The notes under the pieces: generated by a model
What the model was told of the DNA's origin: nothing
The model's database searches: none
Seen by the model: the letters and a program-made list of their open reading frames with translations, nothing else
NCBI GenBank assembly: GCA_963665325.3
Contig: OZ224045.1
Location: 320,001-384,000, forward strand
Direction of reading: 5' to 3'
Length of the DNA stretch: 64,000 nt
Source: Alphaproteobacteria bacterium
Lineage (GTDB): Bacteria > Pseudomonadota > Alphaproteobacteria > Bin95
In this document: positions 28,566 through 38,031 of the stretch, piece by piece
Numbering within the stretch: position 1 is the first letter of the stretch
Layout of the letters: each line of letters opens with the position of its first letter
Translations under genes and position numbers: made by a program

Positions 28566-29474
28566 ATGCGTATCGTCATCAACGGCCAGCAGGCTTTCGG
28601 CAAGGCGGTGCTCGACGCGCTGGCCGCGCGCGGCGAGGATGTCGTAGCCGTGTATTGCGCTCCGGACGTCAGGCCTGACCGCCCCGACGCGCTGAAGGTC
28701 GCGGCCGGCGAGCATGGCCTGCCTGTCTTCCAGCCGAAGAGTTTCCGGGACCCGGCGGTCCATGAAGACTTTGCAGCGCTCAAGCCGGACCTCTGCGTCA
28801 TGGCGTATGTGACCAAGATCGTGCCCTCTTCCTTCCTCGACCTGCCTGCTCACGGCACCATCCAATACCACCCTTCCCTCCTCCCCCTGCATCGGGGTCC
28901 GAGTTCGATCAACTGGCCGATCATCCAGGGCCGAACGGAAACCGGGCTCACGATCTTCTGGCCGGACGACGGCCTCGATACCGGCCCCGTGCTGCTCCAG
29001 AAGAAGACCGCCATCGGCCCCGACGACACGCTCGGAAGCATCTATTTCGACCGCCTGTTCCCGATGGGTGTGGACGCGATGCTGGAGGCCGTCGATCTGG
29101 TACGGGCCGGGAACGCGCCGAAGATCGTGCAAGACGAGGCACAGGCAACCTACGAAAGCTGGTGTACCGCGGACGATGCCGGGATCGACTGGTCACGCCC
29201 GGCAAGGGAAGTCTACAACCTCATTCGCGGCTGCAACCCTCAGCCGGGCGCCTGGACGACGCGCGGCGGCGCGAAGCTCCAGATATTCGACGCCCGCCCG
29301 GAAGACGGTTCGCCCGGCGCCAAACCCGGAACGGTCCTATCGGTGGATGATGAGGGCGCCGTAATTGCGGCTGCCGGCGGGGCGGTGCGTGCGATCCGGG
29401 TCCGCCCGGACGGCGCCGGGAAGATTGGCGCGGCCGAGGCGGGGCTCGAAGCGGGCGAGGTTCTGGGCGCATAG
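28566..29474 (+). CDS. Formyltransferase-family protein resembling the 10-formyl-THF hydrolase domain of ALDH1L1
   Basis: QYHPSLLPLHRGPSSINW, FWPDDGLDTG and IRGCNPQPGAW motifs. Confidence 0.85.
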   Translation: MRIVINGQQAFGKAVLDALAARGEDVVAVYCAPDVRPDRPDALKVAAGEHGLPVFQPKSFRDPAVHEDFAALKPDLCVMAYVTKIVPSSFLDLPAHGTIQYHPSLLPLHRGPSSINWPIIQGRTETGLTIFWPDDGLDTGPVLLQKKTAIGPDDTLGSIYFDRLFPMGVDAMLEAVDLVRAGNAPKIVQDEAQATYESWCTADDAGIDWSRPAREVYNLIRGCNPQPGAWTTRGGAKLQIFDARPEDGSPGAKPGTVLSVDDEGAVIAAAGGAVRAIRVRPDGAGKIGAAEAGLEAGEVLGA

Positions 29475-29512
29475 CCCGACCGTTCTACGGATTTCGGCAA
29501 AGGGTAAAGACG

Positions 29513-30460
29513 ATGAAACGCATCTTCGTCACGCGGCGCCTGCCGGAACCCGTGGAAGCGCTGCTCTCCCGGTCGTTCGACGTGACCTTGAACGTCGATG
29601 ACCGCCGGCTTTCTTCTGCCGATGTGGTCGCCGCTTGCGACGGCATGGACGCGCTTGTCATCAACACCACCGAGCGACTGGATGCTGCTGCCGTCGTCGA
29701 CCTGCCGTCCTCGCTCAAGGCCGTAGCGACCTATTCTGTCGGCCATGAGCATCTCGACCTGGACGCTCTGCAGGCGCGCGGCATTCCCGTCGTCTATACG
29801 CCCGATGTGCTGAGCGCTACGGTCGCCGACAACGCCATGCTGCTGATGCTGGCCGCCGCCCGCCGCGCGCGAGAGGGCCAGGCGCTGATTGTCGAGGGCA
29901 GATGGAAGGGCTGGGGACCGCGCCAGTTGATCGGCACCGAGGTGACCGGCAAGCGGCTCGGGATATTTGGCATGGGTAGGATCGGGCGCGAGATCGCCGT
30001 GCGCGCCAGGGCTTTCGCCATGGAGATCGGCTACCACAACCGTCGGCCGCTGGAGTCCGAAGCGGGCCTGTATTTCTCCGACGAGAGGGAATTTCTCTCC
30101 CGCAGCGACATTCTGGTTATTGCCGCTCCCGCTTCGCCGGAAACGCATCGCTGGCTGAATGCCGAACGGATTGCCCGCCTTCCGGCAGGCGCGCTGGTCG
30201 TGAACATTGCGCGCGGCAGCCTGGTCGATGACGACGCCCTGACGGCGGCGGTGGAGAGCGGATATCTTGCAGGAGCTGGCCTGGACGTGTTCGACGGCGA
30301 ACCGGATGTCCATCCGGCCTACCTGCGGCTCGACCGCATTTATATTCAGCCGCATATCGGCAGTTCCACGATGGAAACGCGGCTTGCGATGGCCGAGCAT
30401 GTGATTTCGGGACTGGAAGTCCTGTTTGCCGGGCGCAATCCGCCAAACCGCCTCGTTTAG
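29513..30460 (+). CDS. D-2-hydroxyacid dehydrogenase (glyoxylate/hydroxypyruvate reductase-like)
   Basis: GMGRIG, NIARG, GLDVFDGEP and PHIGS motifs. Confidence 0.93.
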   Translation: MKRIFVTRRLPEPVEALLSRSFDVTLNVDDRRLSSADVVAACDGMDALVINTTERLDAAAVVDLPSSLKAVATYSVGHEHLDLDALQARGIPVVYTPDVLSATVADNAMLLMLAAARRAREGQALIVEGRWKGWGPRQLIGTEVTGKRLGIFGMGRIGREIAVRARAFAMEIGYHNRRPLESEAGLYFSDEREFLSRSDILVIAAPASPETHRWLNAERIARLPAGALVVNIARGSLVDDDALTAAVESGYLAGAGLDVFDGEPDVHPAYLRLDRIYIQPHIGSSTMETRLAMAEHVISGLEVLFAGRNPPNRLV

Positions 30461-30529
30461 GCGCGCGGTCTGCGACATTCGGCCTTGCCGAATAATCGCT
30501 CGGGAACCGCTTGAACCGGGCGGAAGTCC

Positions 30530-30557
30530 TTGACAATTTCCGAAGTCGGCATAAGAA
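30530..30557 (+). promoter_or_regulatory. Candidate sigma70 promoter of the helicase operon
   Basis: Perfect TTGACA, 16-nt spacer, then TAAGAA; about 40 nt upstream of the ATG. Confidence 0.45.
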
Positions 30558-30599
30558 CTCCGCTAACTCAATTTGATGAGAGATCGTTCGACAGAACAC

Positions 30600-31976
30600 A
30601 TGACATTCCAAAATCTCGGACTGAGCGAAGAGACGCTCAAAGCGGTCGAGGACTCGGGATACACCGAACCGACGCCGATTCAGGAACAGGCAATACCGGT
30701 TGTGCTCATGGGACGCGATGTCCTCGGTTGCGCACAGACGGGCACCGGCAAGACCGCCGGATTCACCCTGCCGATGATCGATATGCTGACCAGCGGACGC
30801 GCCCGGGCGCGCATGCCGCGTTCCCTCATTCTGGAGCCGACGCGCGAGCTTGCAGCCCAGGTGAATGAGAACTTCGACCGATACGGCAAGTATCACCGGC
30901 TGAGCACGGCCCTGCTGATCGGCGGAGAGAGCTTCGTCGACCAGCAAAAGGCGCTGGAGCGGGGCGTCGACGTATTGATCGCCACGCCGGGGCGCCTGAT
31001 CGACCTTTTCGAACGCGGACGCATCCTGCTGAGCGACGTCAAGGTGCTCGTTATCGACGAAGCCGACCGTATGCTGGATATGGGCTTCATCCCCGATATC
31101 GAACGCATCGTCGGCCTGCTGCCCAGGAAGCGCCAGACGCTGTTTTTCTCGGCGACAATGCCCGCCGAGATTCGCAAGCTGGCCGACAATTTCCTGAGCG
31201 AACCGAAGGAAATCTCGGTTACCCCGCCCGCATCCCCGGCGGAAACGGTCGATCAGCAGCTGGCGCTGGTCCACCGCGACGACAAGCGTGCGGCGCTCCG
31301 GGAAATTCTGCGCTCCGAGGAGGTCGAGAACGGCCTTGTCTTCTGCAATCGCAAGCGCGATGTCGATATCCTTGTGAAGTCGCTGACGAAACATGGGTTC
31401 GAGGCTTCGGCGCTGCATGGCGACATGCCCCAGTTCCGCCGTACCGATACGCTGGACCGGTTCAGGTCGGGCGACATCCGGCTGCTGGTGGCCTCCGATG
31501 TGGCGGCGCGCGGCCTCGACATCCCGCGGGTCAGCCACGTCTTCAACTTCGACGTGCCGATCCATGCGGAAGACTATATTCATCGCATCGGGCGGACCGG
31601 GCGGGCTGGACGGTCGGGCACGGCCATCACCATTGCGGAACCGGAAGACGCATACCATGCGGGGCGGATCGAGAAGCTGATCGGCCGCGATGTGCCCCGG
31701 CGCACGCTTGAGACGGTCGAAACCGCGAACTGGGACGACGAGCCCAAGCGCCGCCGCCGCAGCCGGGCAGCCCCAGCCGAACGCGCGGCTCCGGCCGAAC
31801 GGAGCGCCGCCCCGAAAGACCGGCCGACCCGCAGGACGGCAACACCCGCTGCGAAGGAGCCGAGACGCCGGGCCACTCCTCCGGTTGACGCGCACCGTTC
31901 GGATACGGCCTTTGGCGAACACATTCCGGCGTTCCTGCTGCGTCCCGGCGCCGATCCGGATGCGCAGTCAGCCTGA
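30600..31976 (+). CDS. DEAD-box RNA helicase (RhlE-like)
   Basis: AQTGTGKT, PTRELA, DEAD, SAT and HRIGRTGR motifs; basic low-complexity tail. Confidence 0.97.
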   Translation: MTFQNLGLSEETLKAVEDSGYTEPTPIQEQAIPVVLMGRDVLGCAQTGTGKTAGFTLPMIDMLTSGRARARMPRSLILEPTRELAAQVNENFDRYGKYHRLSTALLIGGESFVDQQKALERGVDVLIATPGRLIDLFERGRILLSDVKVLVIDEADRMLDMGFIPDIERIVGLLPRKRQTLFFSATMPAEIRKLADNFLSEPKEISVTPPASPAETVDQQLALVHRDDKRAALREILRSEEVENGLVFCNRKRDVDILVKSLTKHGFEASALHGDMPQFRRTDTLDRFRSGDIRLLVASDVAARGLDIPRVSHVFNFDVPIHAEDYIHRIGRTGRAGRSGTAITIAEPEDAYHAGRIEKLIGRDVPRRTLETVETANWDDEPKRRRRSRAAPAERAAPAERSAAPKDRPTRRTATPAAKEPRRRATPPVDAHRSDTAFGEHIPAFLLRPGADPDAQSA

Positions 31977-32003
31977 GGCTTGGCTCCAGGTCGGGAGGCC
32001 GGT

Positions 32004-32246
32004 ATGCGACCGATCTTCGTGATGGTGAAATGCTCGCTCGGCAAGGCGTATGAGGTTGCCGACCGTCTGGCGCAGGAAGTCGAGCAGGCTTCGGAAATCT
32101 ATTCCACATCCGGGCAGTACGACCTGCTGGTCAAGTGCTACCTCGAAGACGACGCGGACCCCGGCCACTTCGTAACCGAGCGTCTGCAAACGCTGCCGGG
32201 CGTCACCGACACATTTACCCTGATTACCTTCAAGGCGTTTCGGTGA
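32004..32246 (+). CDS. Stand-alone Lrp/AsnC ligand-binding (RAM) domain protein
   Basis: 80 aa with no HTH; YSTSGQYDLLVK and PGVTDTFT motifs; SD GGAGG. Confidence 0.88.
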   Translation: MRPIFVMVKCSLGKAYEVADRLAQEVEQASEIYSTSGQYDLLVKCYLEDDADPGHFVTERLQTLPGVTDTFTLITFKAFR

Positions 32247-33292
32247 CCGCCGACAACGACCCGTTGCCGGTCAGCGTCATCACCGGTTTTCTCGGTAGCG
32301 GCAAGACTACCCTGCTATCGCGCCTGATCCGCCGGGACGGGATGGAGCGCACCGCCGTCGTCATCAACGAATTCGGCGAGGTCGGCCTCGATCACGAACT
32401 GGTCGCGGCGTCGAGCGACGAGAACGTCGTGGTGATGGACTCCGGCTGCATCTGCTGCTCGATCCGGGGCGAGCTTGCCGAGACCCTGCGCGACCTGTTC
32501 GGGCGCCGCGCACGGGAAGAGATTCCAGCCTTCGACCGCGTGGTGATCGAGACCACCGGCCTCGCCGATCCGGCTCCCGTGCTGCACACGCTGATGGCCG
32601 ACCCGATGGTGGCGACCTGTTTCCGGCTCGACAGCGTGCTGGCCACGGTGGACGGTGTGCACGGCGACGGCCAGCTCGACCGGCACGAAGAATCGCTGAA
32701 GCAGGCCGCAATGGCCGACCGGCTGCTGCTGACCAAGACGGACATTGCCGGGGAAGACGGCGTTTCCGCGCTGGAGGACCGCCTGGCCGGGATCAATCCG
32801 AGCGCGCCGCGCTACCGCGTGGTCCAAGGAGAAATCGAGCCCGACCGGCTGTTCGGCGCCGGCCTTTACGACCCCGCCACCAAGTCGGTGGACGTCCGCA
32901 ACTGGCTGCGCGAAGAGGCCTTTCACGCGCACGACCACCACCACGGTCATGACCACGACAGCCACAGCCATAGCGACCGGTTCCCCTCCTTCTGCCTGCG
33001 CCGGGAAGGCGCGTGTTCCTGGAACACATGGGTGGGCTTCCTGGAAGCGCTGATTACTTCCCACGGTGAATCCCTGCTTCGTCTCAAAGGCATATTGAAC
33101 GTGACCGGGCTGGAAACTCCGGTCGCCGTGCACGGCGTGCAGCACATGTTCCATCCGCCGGCAATCCTGGAAGCATGGCCTTCCGACGACCGCACCAGCC
33201 GGATCGTCTTTATCGGCGACGGGCTGTCGCAGACCGGCATCGAGAAAATGCTGAACGCCTGGATCGAGGCGGATGAGGGGGCGAACCCGTGA
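32243..33292 (+). CDS. CobW/COG0523 family metallochaperone GTPase
   Basis: GFLGSGKTT, NEFGE, GCICC and ETTGLADP motifs, His-rich linker, LRLKG. Confidence 0.95.
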   Translation: MTADNDPLPVSVITGFLGSGKTTLLSRLIRRDGMERTAVVINEFGEVGLDHELVAASSDENVVVMDSGCICCSIRGELAETLRDLFGRRAREEIPAFDRVVIETTGLADPAPVLHTLMADPMVATCFRLDSVLATVDGVHGDGQLDRHEESLKQAAMADRLLLTKTDIAGEDGVSALEDRLAGINPSAPRYRVVQGEIEPDRLFGAGLYDPATKSVDVRNWLREEAFHAHDHHHGHDHDSHSHSDRFPSFCLRREGACSWNTWVGFLEALITSHGESLLRLKGILNVTGLETPVAVHGVQHMFHPPAILEAWPSDDRTSRIVFIGDGLSQTGIEKMLNAWIEADEGANP

Positions 33293-34383
33293 AAATCGCG
33301 AATATCGAGACCGTCACACTGTCGATCCCGTTCGATCACGGGGGTCCGCCTACGGGCTTCGGCGGCACGGAATGGCGCAATCTCGACACACTGCTCATCA
33401 GGGTTGAGACCGATGAGGGCCATGTCGGCTGGGGCGAAGCGTTCGGCTTCAACGCGATTCCCTCGACGCGCGCGGCGCTGGAGACGATGATCGCCCCGCT
33501 CGTCATCGGTCGGGACGCGGGCGACATCGCCGCGCTGCATTTCGAACTCCAGCAAATGCTCCATATTTTCGGTCGGTACGGACAGACGATCTTCGCCCTT
33601 TCGGGCCTCGACATCGCACTCTGGGACATTGCCGCCAAGGCAGCGGGCATGCCTTTGCACCGGCTGCTCGGCGGTGCGCAGCGCATGTCGCTAGAGGCTT
33701 ATGCCAGCCTGCTGCGTTATTTCGAGCCCGATCTCGTCGGTGAGCGCTGCGCCGACGCCGCCTCACAGGGTTTCGGATGGGTCAAGCTGCACGAACGTAT
33801 GGAACCCGCCGTGGCCGCTGCCCGCGGCGCCATTCCGGCCGAAACGAAATTGATGGTGGACACCAACTGTCCGTGGACGCTCGCGGAAGCCATGGCAAAG
33901 GCAGAGTCCTTCGAGCCGCACGATGTGCACTGGCTCGAAGAGCCGATGTGGCCGCCGGAAAATTTTGCGGGCCTCGCAGAACTACGCGGCATGACCGACA
34001 TGGGTATTGCAGCGGGCGAGAACCTCTGCACCGCTTGGCAATTTCAGGCAATGCTCCAGGCCGAGGCGGTGGACGTGGCCCAGCCCAGCGTCACGAAAGT
34101 CGGCGGCGTGACCGAGATGCGCAAGATCGAGACACTCTGCAACCTGCACAATGTCCGCTATGTGCCGCACTCGCCCTATTTCGGGCCGGGCTTCCTCGCG
34201 ACGCTGCACCTGCTTGCCGTCGCGGACGCAGAGGAACCGGTCGAGCGGTTCTTCGGCGTGCACGAGGCGGAAATCTTCGGCGATCTCTGCAGGGTCGAAG
34301 ACGGGCGCATCGCGGTGCCGGACGGTCCCGGACTCGGGGCGGACCCGAGCCCGGAAGTCCTGCGGGATTACGCCGTCGCCTGA
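33289..34383 (+). CDS. Mandelate racemase/muconate lactonizing enzyme family
   Basis: GWGE, DIALWDI, MVDTN, LEEP and AGEN motifs. Confidence 0.93.
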   Translation: MKIANIETVTLSIPFDHGGPPTGFGGTEWRNLDTLLIRVETDEGHVGWGEAFGFNAIPSTRAALETMIAPLVIGRDAGDIAALHFELQQMLHIFGRYGQTIFALSGLDIALWDIAAKAAGMPLHRLLGGAQRMSLEAYASLLRYFEPDLVGERCADAASQGFGWVKLHERMEPAVAAARGAIPAETKLMVDTNCPWTLAEAMAKAESFEPHDVHWLEEPMWPPENFAGLAELRGMTDMGIAAGENLCTAWQFQAMLQAEAVDVAQPSVTKVGGVTEMRKIETLCNLHNVRYVPHSPYFGPGFLATLHLLAVADAEEPVERFFGVHEAEIFGDLCRVEDGRIAVPDGPGLGADPSPEVLRDYAVA

Positions 34384-34395
34384 ACGGTTTTCTGC

Positions 34396-34917
34396 CTATT
34401 CCTGAGGATAGCGCCAGGGCGTATCCGGCTGTTCGGCGTCCTCGTCGATGGTCCATTGCGGCAGTGAGAAGCCGTCCGCCACCTTCGAGAACACCATCCG
34501 GACGCGCGTGCCGATCCCGACCGACTTGACCGTCTCCGGCGGCACAAACTCGCCGTCGGCCGTGACGAGGTTGCCGGCGACCCGCAGCGCCTCATGCTCC
34601 GAGGGCTCGCCCTTCTGCGTGTCAAGATCGACCAGCAGGATCATGTAGGGGACCTTGTCGCGAAAGGCCGGTTGAATCGGGTGGTGCACCTCGACATAGG
34701 AATGCACCGCTCCCCTGCCCTCGACGGGGACCCAGTCGTATTCGCGGTCCGTGCTCCAGGGACAGGCCGTTGTCGGCGGGTAGCGCAGCAGGCCGCTTTC
34801 CGGGCTCCGTTGCAGGCGGAACTCGCCCTTGTCGCACCAAGAGAAGAACTCCCGATTCTCCCGGTCCACGTCGTCCACGGTGAGCATCATGCCCATATAT
34901 TCGCCTTGAACAGGCAT
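34396..34917 (-). CDS. DUF35/OB-fold protein (ChsH2-C-like)
   Basis: GEFRLQR, YPP, GRGAVHSY, PYMILLVDL and IGTRVRMVF motifs; directly downstream of a thiolase-like gene. Confidence 0.88.
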   Translation of the reverse strand: MPVQGEYMGMMLTVDDVDRENREFFSWCDKGEFRLQRSPESGLLRYPPTTACPWSTDREYDWVPVEGRGAVHSYVEVHHPIQPAFRDKVPYMILLVDLDTQKGEPSEHEALRVAGNLVTADGEFVPPETVKSVGIGTRVRMVFSKVADGFSLPQWTIDEDAEQPDTPWRYPQE

Positions 34918-34931
34918 CGTTGCTCTCCCCC

Positions 34932-36200
34932 TCAGCGCGCGTCTTTTGTCATGATCATGGCGGAGCCGGTCGCCGGCATGGCCCAGCCGAGATTGGCCGT
35001 CAGCTCCACATCCTTCACCTGCCGGCAGCCGCCTTCGCTGTAGTCGTAGGTGTGCTGCTTCCTGCCGTCCGGCCCGACGGGGCAGCTGTCGTCCACCTCG
35101 CCCCGCAGCTGGCGGGTGTTTTCGATCACCATGTTCATGCCGTGGGTGTAGCCCTCGCAGAGATGGCCGCCGGAGGTGTTGTTCGGCCGCTTGCCGCCGA
35201 GCTCGATGATGCCCGACGACACATAGTCGCCGCCCTCCCCCTTCTTGCAGAAACCGTAATCCTCAAGCTGCAGCATGGTGGTGAAGGTGAAGGCGTCGTA
35301 GGAGCCGGTCAGGTCTATGTCTTCCGGCGTCACGCCCGCATTGGGGAACAGGATGTCCTTGGCGTAGTGGCCGGCGACGGTCGAGATCGGCCCGTGCTGG
35401 TAGTGCATGTCGATGCGCGGCTTGCAGCACCGCCCAACCACTGACTGGATGACCGCCGGCGGATTGCGGCAGTCGCGCGCCCGGTCGAGCCGGGTGACGA
35501 TGACGCAGGTGGCGTTATCCGTTTCGACGCAGCAGTCGAGCAGGTGCAGCGGCTTGCAGATGATGCGGCTGCCGACGACGTCGTCCACCGTCAGGCGGTT
35601 CTTGTAATAGGCCTTCGGGTTGTTGGACGCATGCTTGGAATGCGCGACCTTGACCGCCGCTACCTGCTCAGGCTTGGTTCCATAGTCGTACATGTGACGC
35701 AGGAAGGTCGGGGCGAACATCTGCCCGGCGCTCTGCCAGCCATAGGCGCGGTGATGGATCTGGTCGCCATTGATCGGCACGGCCGACCGCGCGCCCGTGC
35801 CGCCGATGCGCACCTGGCTGTAGCCGTTCATGGAGCGGAAGATCGCCACGGTCTTGCACATGCCGGCTTCGATGACGCCGATGGCGATGCCGATCAGCGC
35901 CTCGGTCGAGGAGCCGCCGCCATGCACGTCCATGTAGAAGTTCAACCGGATTCCGAGATCGCCCGCGACGAAGGGCGCGAACACCGAATCGTTGCCGGAA
36001 TAGCTCAACATGCCATCGATATCGCCCGGCGCCAGGCCGGCGTCGTCCATGGCGTTCTTGATCGCCCAGGTAGCGAGCGAGCGGGTCGAGTATTCGGAGC
36101 CGCGCATATAGGCGGTCTCCCCGACCCCGGCGATGGCGTATCGCCCGCGGAGATGCTTCGGCGACGAGGTATCGACGTCGCTTACGCTGGACAAGGTCAT
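34932..36200 (-). CDS. SCP2/Ltp2-type thiolase-superfamily protein, probable retro-aldolase
   Basis: AIAGVGET, LLDCCVETD, YDAFT and NTSGGHLCEGYTHG motifs; no N-terminal catalytic Cys (GGGSS). Confidence 0.88.
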   Translation of the reverse strand: MTLSSVSDVDTSSPKHLRGRYAIAGVGETAYMRGSEYSTRSLATWAIKNAMDDAGLAPGDIDGMLSYSGNDSVFAPFVAGDLGIRLNFYMDVHGGGSSTEALIGIAIGVIEAGMCKTVAIFRSMNGYSQVRIGGTGARSAVPINGDQIHHRAYGWQSAGQMFAPTFLRHMYDYGTKPEQVAAVKVAHSKHASNNPKAYYKNRLTVDDVVGSRIICKPLHLLDCCVETDNATCVIVTRLDRARDCRNPPAVIQSVVGRCCKPRIDMHYQHGPISTVAGHYAKDILFPNAGVTPEDIDLTGSYDAFTFTTMLQLEDYGFCKKGEGGDYVSSGIIELGGKRPNNTSGGHLCEGYTHGMNMVIENTRQLRGEVDDSCPVGPDGRKQHTYDYSEGGCRQVKDVELTANLGWAMPATGSAMIMTKDAR

Positions 36201-36256
36201 GGGTGTGCTTTCTCCATTTGCAGTCTTTCGAAGATAGTGCGGGTATTGCGCGGGTG

Positions 36257-36991
36257 TCAGACGCCCTCGGCGGACCAGCCGCCGTCCACGGGAATCGTGA
36301 CCCCGGTGACGAAACCGGCCGCGTCGGACGCCAGAAAGAGAGCCGTCCCGGCCATTTCCTCCGGTTGTCCCCAACGGCCCATCGGCGTGCGCTCCATGAT
36401 TTTCCGGTTGACCGGCTCGTTGGCCTGCACGGGGGCGGTGAGCTTGGTCGCTATCCAGCCTGGTGCGATCCCGTTGACGCGGATGCCGTCCGACGCCCAG
36501 GCGGATGCGAGCGATTGCGTAAGCTGGAGAATGCCGGCCTTGGACGCGCCGTAGCCCGGCCCGCGCGGCGACGAGAAATAGCTTGTCATGGACGCGATGT
36601 TGACGATCGAGCCGCCCGAGGCCGCCAGCTGCTCCCGGAACGCATGCGACATGCGGTAAGCGCCGTTCAGGTTGACCTGCACGGTGTGTTCGAAATTGTC
36701 CGGCTCGAAGGCCGCCGGGCCGCGCACGGTGGTGCCGGCCGAGTTGACCAGCACATCGAGCGCCGGCATGTCGCCTGCCAGCGCGAGGATGCCGTCATTG
36801 TCGGTCATGTCGAGCCGGCGGTAGGTCATGCCCGAAAGCTCGTCGGGATAGTCCTCCGGGCCGCCCCGCGTGCCGAGAACGGTGACTGCCGCCCCGGCGT
36901 CGCGGAAACCGACGGCTATGGCCCGGCCGATCCCGCTCGAACCGCCCGTCACCAGCACGGTCTTGCCCGAATAATCGAATTTCGCGGTCAT
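36257..36991 (-). CDS. Short-chain dehydrogenase/reductase
   Basis: TGGSSGIG, NSAG, YGASK and VDGG motifs. Confidence 0.95.
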   Translation of the reverse strand: MTAKFDYSGKTVLVTGGSSGIGRAIAVGFRDAGAAVTVLGTRGGPEDYPDELSGMTYRRLDMTDNDGILALAGDMPALDVLVNSAGTTVRGPAAFEPDNFEHTVQVNLNGAYRMSHAFREQLAASGGSIVNIASMTSYFSSPRGPGYGASKAGILQLTQSLASAWASDGIRVNGIAPGWIATKLTAPVQANEPVNRKIMERTPMGRWGQPEEMAGTALFLASDAAGFVTGVTIPVDGGWSAEGV

Positions 36992-37110
36992 CCCCTCCCC
37001 TCCCCGAGTCCGGCGCCGCCCTTATTCTGGCATGGCGGACGCTGCCGCGCACCCTTGCAGCGGGTCATTCGCCAGCGCAATATTCGCAAGGACGAGCGAG
37101 GAGAGGTTTC

Positions 37111-38007
37111 ATGGTCGGCATCGCCGCTTTGGACAGCACTTTGGGCGCGCGGGTAACGGATGTTGCGCTCGGCGATATGAGCCCAGCCGAGTGGCGCGAG
37201 GTCGAGGACGCTTTCCACGAATACGGGGCGCTGGTCTTTCCGGCCCAGCATTTGTCGGACGATGAGCATATCGCGTTCGGGGAACGGTTCGGCGACATCG
37301 AAATCCTGCGCGACGGGGCCAAGGCGGTGCGCGTCTCCAACAGGAAGGACGACGGCAGCCTGATGAAACCGGAGGAGAAGCGTTACCAGACACTGCGCGG
37401 CAATGAAGGCTGGCACACCGACAGCTCCTACATGCCGCTTGCCGCCAAGGCGTCGGCGCTTGCCGCGGAAATAACCCCTTCGAAGGGCGGCGAAACCGAA
37501 CTGGCCGACATGCGCGCCGCCTACGATTCGCTGGACGACGACACCAAAGAACGCATTGCCGGCCTCTCCGCCTATCACTCGCTTTATGCCTCGCAAGCGA
37601 AAGCGGGCTTTAGATTCAACACCGGAGAAGGCTACGGCTACCACACAAGGGGAGCGCCGTTGCGGCCGCTGGTGAAATCGCACCCCGTCACCGGCAGAAA
37701 GTCGCTGTTTATCGGGCGCCACGCTTTCCGGATTCCGGGCATGGCGGACGAAGACGCCCAGGCGCTGCTCGACGGACTGCTGGATCGTGCCTGCCGGGCG
37801 CCGCGGACCTATTCGCACGCCTGGGAGCCCGGCGACCTGATGATCTGGGACAACCGCTGCATCCTGCACCGCGCCATGCCGTACGACTACAACGAGCCCC
37901 GCGTGTTGCGCCATGTCCGCGTCGCAGGCGATCCGGCGAGCGAATTGGTCGAGACCGGACAGGATGAACGCGCCGACGCCTTCGAGCCGGCAGCAACCAA
38001 CCGCTGA
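37111..38007 (+). CDS. TauD/TfdA family 2-oxoglutarate dioxygenase
   Basis: WHTDSSY, GGETELAD, HPVTGRKSL and WDNRCILHRA motifs. Confidence 0.95.
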   Translation: MVGIAALDSTLGARVTDVALGDMSPAEWREVEDAFHEYGALVFPAQHLSDDEHIAFGERFGDIEILRDGAKAVRVSNRKDDGSLMKPEEKRYQTLRGNEGWHTDSSYMPLAAKASALAAEITPSKGGETELADMRAAYDSLDDDTKERIAGLSAYHSLYASQAKAGFRFNTGEGYGYHTRGAPLRPLVKSHPVTGRKSLFIGRHAFRIPGMADEDAQALLDGLLDRACRAPRTYSHAWEPGDLMIWDNRCILHRAMPYDYNEPRVLRHVRVAGDPASELVETGQDERADAFEPAATNR

Positions 38008-38031
38008 GCAGCGGACGGGAGGCCATCGAGA

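Noticed and set aside
31760-31815. AAPAER tandem repeat in the helicase tail
   Set aside because: Short low-complexity repeat typical of DEAD-box C-termini.
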